A stretch of 56,216 nucleotides of DNA from Terriglobales bacterium (GTDB taxonomy: Bacteria > Acidobacteriota > Terriglobia > Terriglobales > SCQP01). The DNA lies in assembly GCA_051959955.1 (NCBI GenBank), contig JBQCEU010000021.1:1-56216 (forward strand), written 5' to 3'. The position numbers and the translations under genes were made by a program. The notes beneath the pieces were generated by a model. It was not told where the DNA came from, searched no databases, and saw only the letters and a program-made list of their open reading frames with translations. Below, piece after piece: positions 55,251 to 56,216 of the stretch (position 1 is its first letter; every line of letters starts with the position of its first letter).

Positions 55251-56216
55251 TGGCAAGCGCGAGGAGCATGGGAAACGAGGCGGGAGCGTCGGCTGGGGCC
55301 GCCTGGCGCAGTCGCCGCCGCCCGGGTCTGGGCCTGCTCTCCTACCGGGCGCTGCAGTCGCTGCTGCGCCGCTGCGGCATGAACCGCTGGCTCGAGCTGC
55401 GGCTGCACCAGATAATCGGCGTAGCGCCTCACGACCTGCACCCGCCCGCGCGGCTGGCCCGCGGGCTGGAGGTGCGCGAGGCCGGCCTGGAAGACTTCGA
55501 CGCCCTCCAACAACTGCGCCCGCCGGTGGGGGTGGATTATGCGACGCGCTTCGGGCAGGCGCATCGCGCCGTGGTCGCCTGCCTCGAGCGCCGCCTGGTG
55601 GCCTTTGTCTGGGTGGTGCGGGGACCGGCCCGGCTGCCGGCCTCCTTCGGTTGTCATTGGCAACTCAACGGCGGCATGGCCTGGCTGTACGATCTCTACT
55701 CCCATCCCGACGTGCTGGGCGCGGTGCCCCACCTGTATGCCTATTTGCGCGAGCATCCGCCCGGGCCCGGGGTGCGCTTCTACGTCGGGCAGACGGATTT
55801 CGACAACCGCCGTTCGCATCTCGCGCACCAAAGCCTGGGTTACCAGGCTTGGGCGCAGTTGTGGACCGCGCGCTGTGGCGGCTGGCGGCGGCATGCCAGC
55901 CGCGCCTTGACCTCGCGGCCGGGCATGCGGCGCTGGCGCGGCTACCGCGCCGGCGCCAGCATCCCGCTGCCGCTGCTGGCGCCGCTGGCCGGCGAGGCCG
56001 CGAACACCCCCCGCGACGCCGAGGGGGTCCGGTTGCAGTGCCTCTGCGGCCGGGAGGTGATGGCGGAGGACGGAAACCTGACCTGTACCTGCGGCCGCCG
56101 GCTGGGGAGCCACGAAGGCGGTGTGCTCTGCCTGGGTGAGCCGGCGCCCTATTGGGGTGAAATTCCCCAGTTGGAGATGCGCGCCCTGCTGTTGGAAGCC
56201 GAGCACCACGGCTGGC
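55250..56216 (+). CDS. hypothetical GNAT-like protein with CxC..CxC zinc ribbon, 3' end beyond window
   Basis: The ATG overlaps the upstream stop by 1 nt (TGATG). Very high GC3 to the window edge. Not in the track because no stop codon is reached. LQCLCGREV..LTCTCGRRL ribbon. Confidence 0.6.
   Translation, partial: MASARSMGNEAGASAGAAWRSRRRPGLGLLSYRALQSLLRRCGMNRWLELRLHQIIGVAPHDLHPPARLARGLEVREAGLEDFDALQQLRPPVGVDYATRFGQAHRAVVACLERRLVAFVWVVRGPARLPASFGCHWQLNGGMAWLYDLYSHPDVLGAVPHLYAYLREHPPGPGVRFYVGQTDFDNRRSHLAHQSLGYQAWAQLWTARCGGWRRHASRALTSRPGMRRWRGYRAGASIPLPLLAPLAGEAANTPRDAEGVRLQCLCGREVMAEDGNLTCTCGRRLGSHEGGVLCLGEPAPYWGEIPQLEMRALLLEAEHHGW

Noticed and set aside
53628-56209. 431-aa and 353-aa minus-strand ORFs across the adenylation gene and the terminal ORF
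   Set aside because: Arg/Pro/Gly/Gln-rich nonsense translations. The plus frames have A-domain core motifs or very high GC3 with start/stop coupling.

Overview
High-GC (roughly two-thirds G+C) bacterial chromosomal segment. The gene content points to Acidobacteriota: an ADOP-type duplicated orphan MacB-like permease, a TolC with a Gly/Ala-rich insert, and several giant BNR/Asp-box proteins. I support about 52 protein-coding genes. Most are housekeeping: alaS, mreD-mrdA-rodA, an RNase E/G, pdxS-pdxT, glgC, folE, truA, glnE, icd, mdh, tpx, an Sdh1-like sdhCAB, ispD, ruvX and purH. There is one RNA gene, a textbook tRNA-Sec (selC, anticodon TCA) at 32700-32794, which the six-frame track hides under the 5' extension of the glnE ORF. 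I saw no transposase, integrase, prophage, CRISPR array or recognisable defence island. Many long ORFs in the track are antisense shadow ORFs or upstream extensions typical of high-GC DNA, and I trimmed or rejected them. The best candidate for something new is at the right edge (52070-56216). It is a carrier protein, an acyl-CoA-dehydrogenase-fold enzyme, a free-standing amino-acid-type adenylation enzyme, and a GNAT-like/zinc-ribbon ORF that runs off the window. Together they look like a minimal thiotemplated aminoacyl-modification cassette of unknown product. Other oddities: an 80-codon ORF with coding-like GC3 that is split by an in-frame TAG between rne and pdxS; an orphan thiS fused to the sdh operon whose Gly-Gly end is followed by a 23-codon extension (TGC where a stop is expected); an RNase E/G whose S1 domain is split by a ~300-aa disordered insert with a duplicated motif; and a giant BNR/Ig protein with a sorting-tail-like segment followed in frame by a complete lipoprotein signal. 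All functional calls come from reading motifs by eye. No database search was run.
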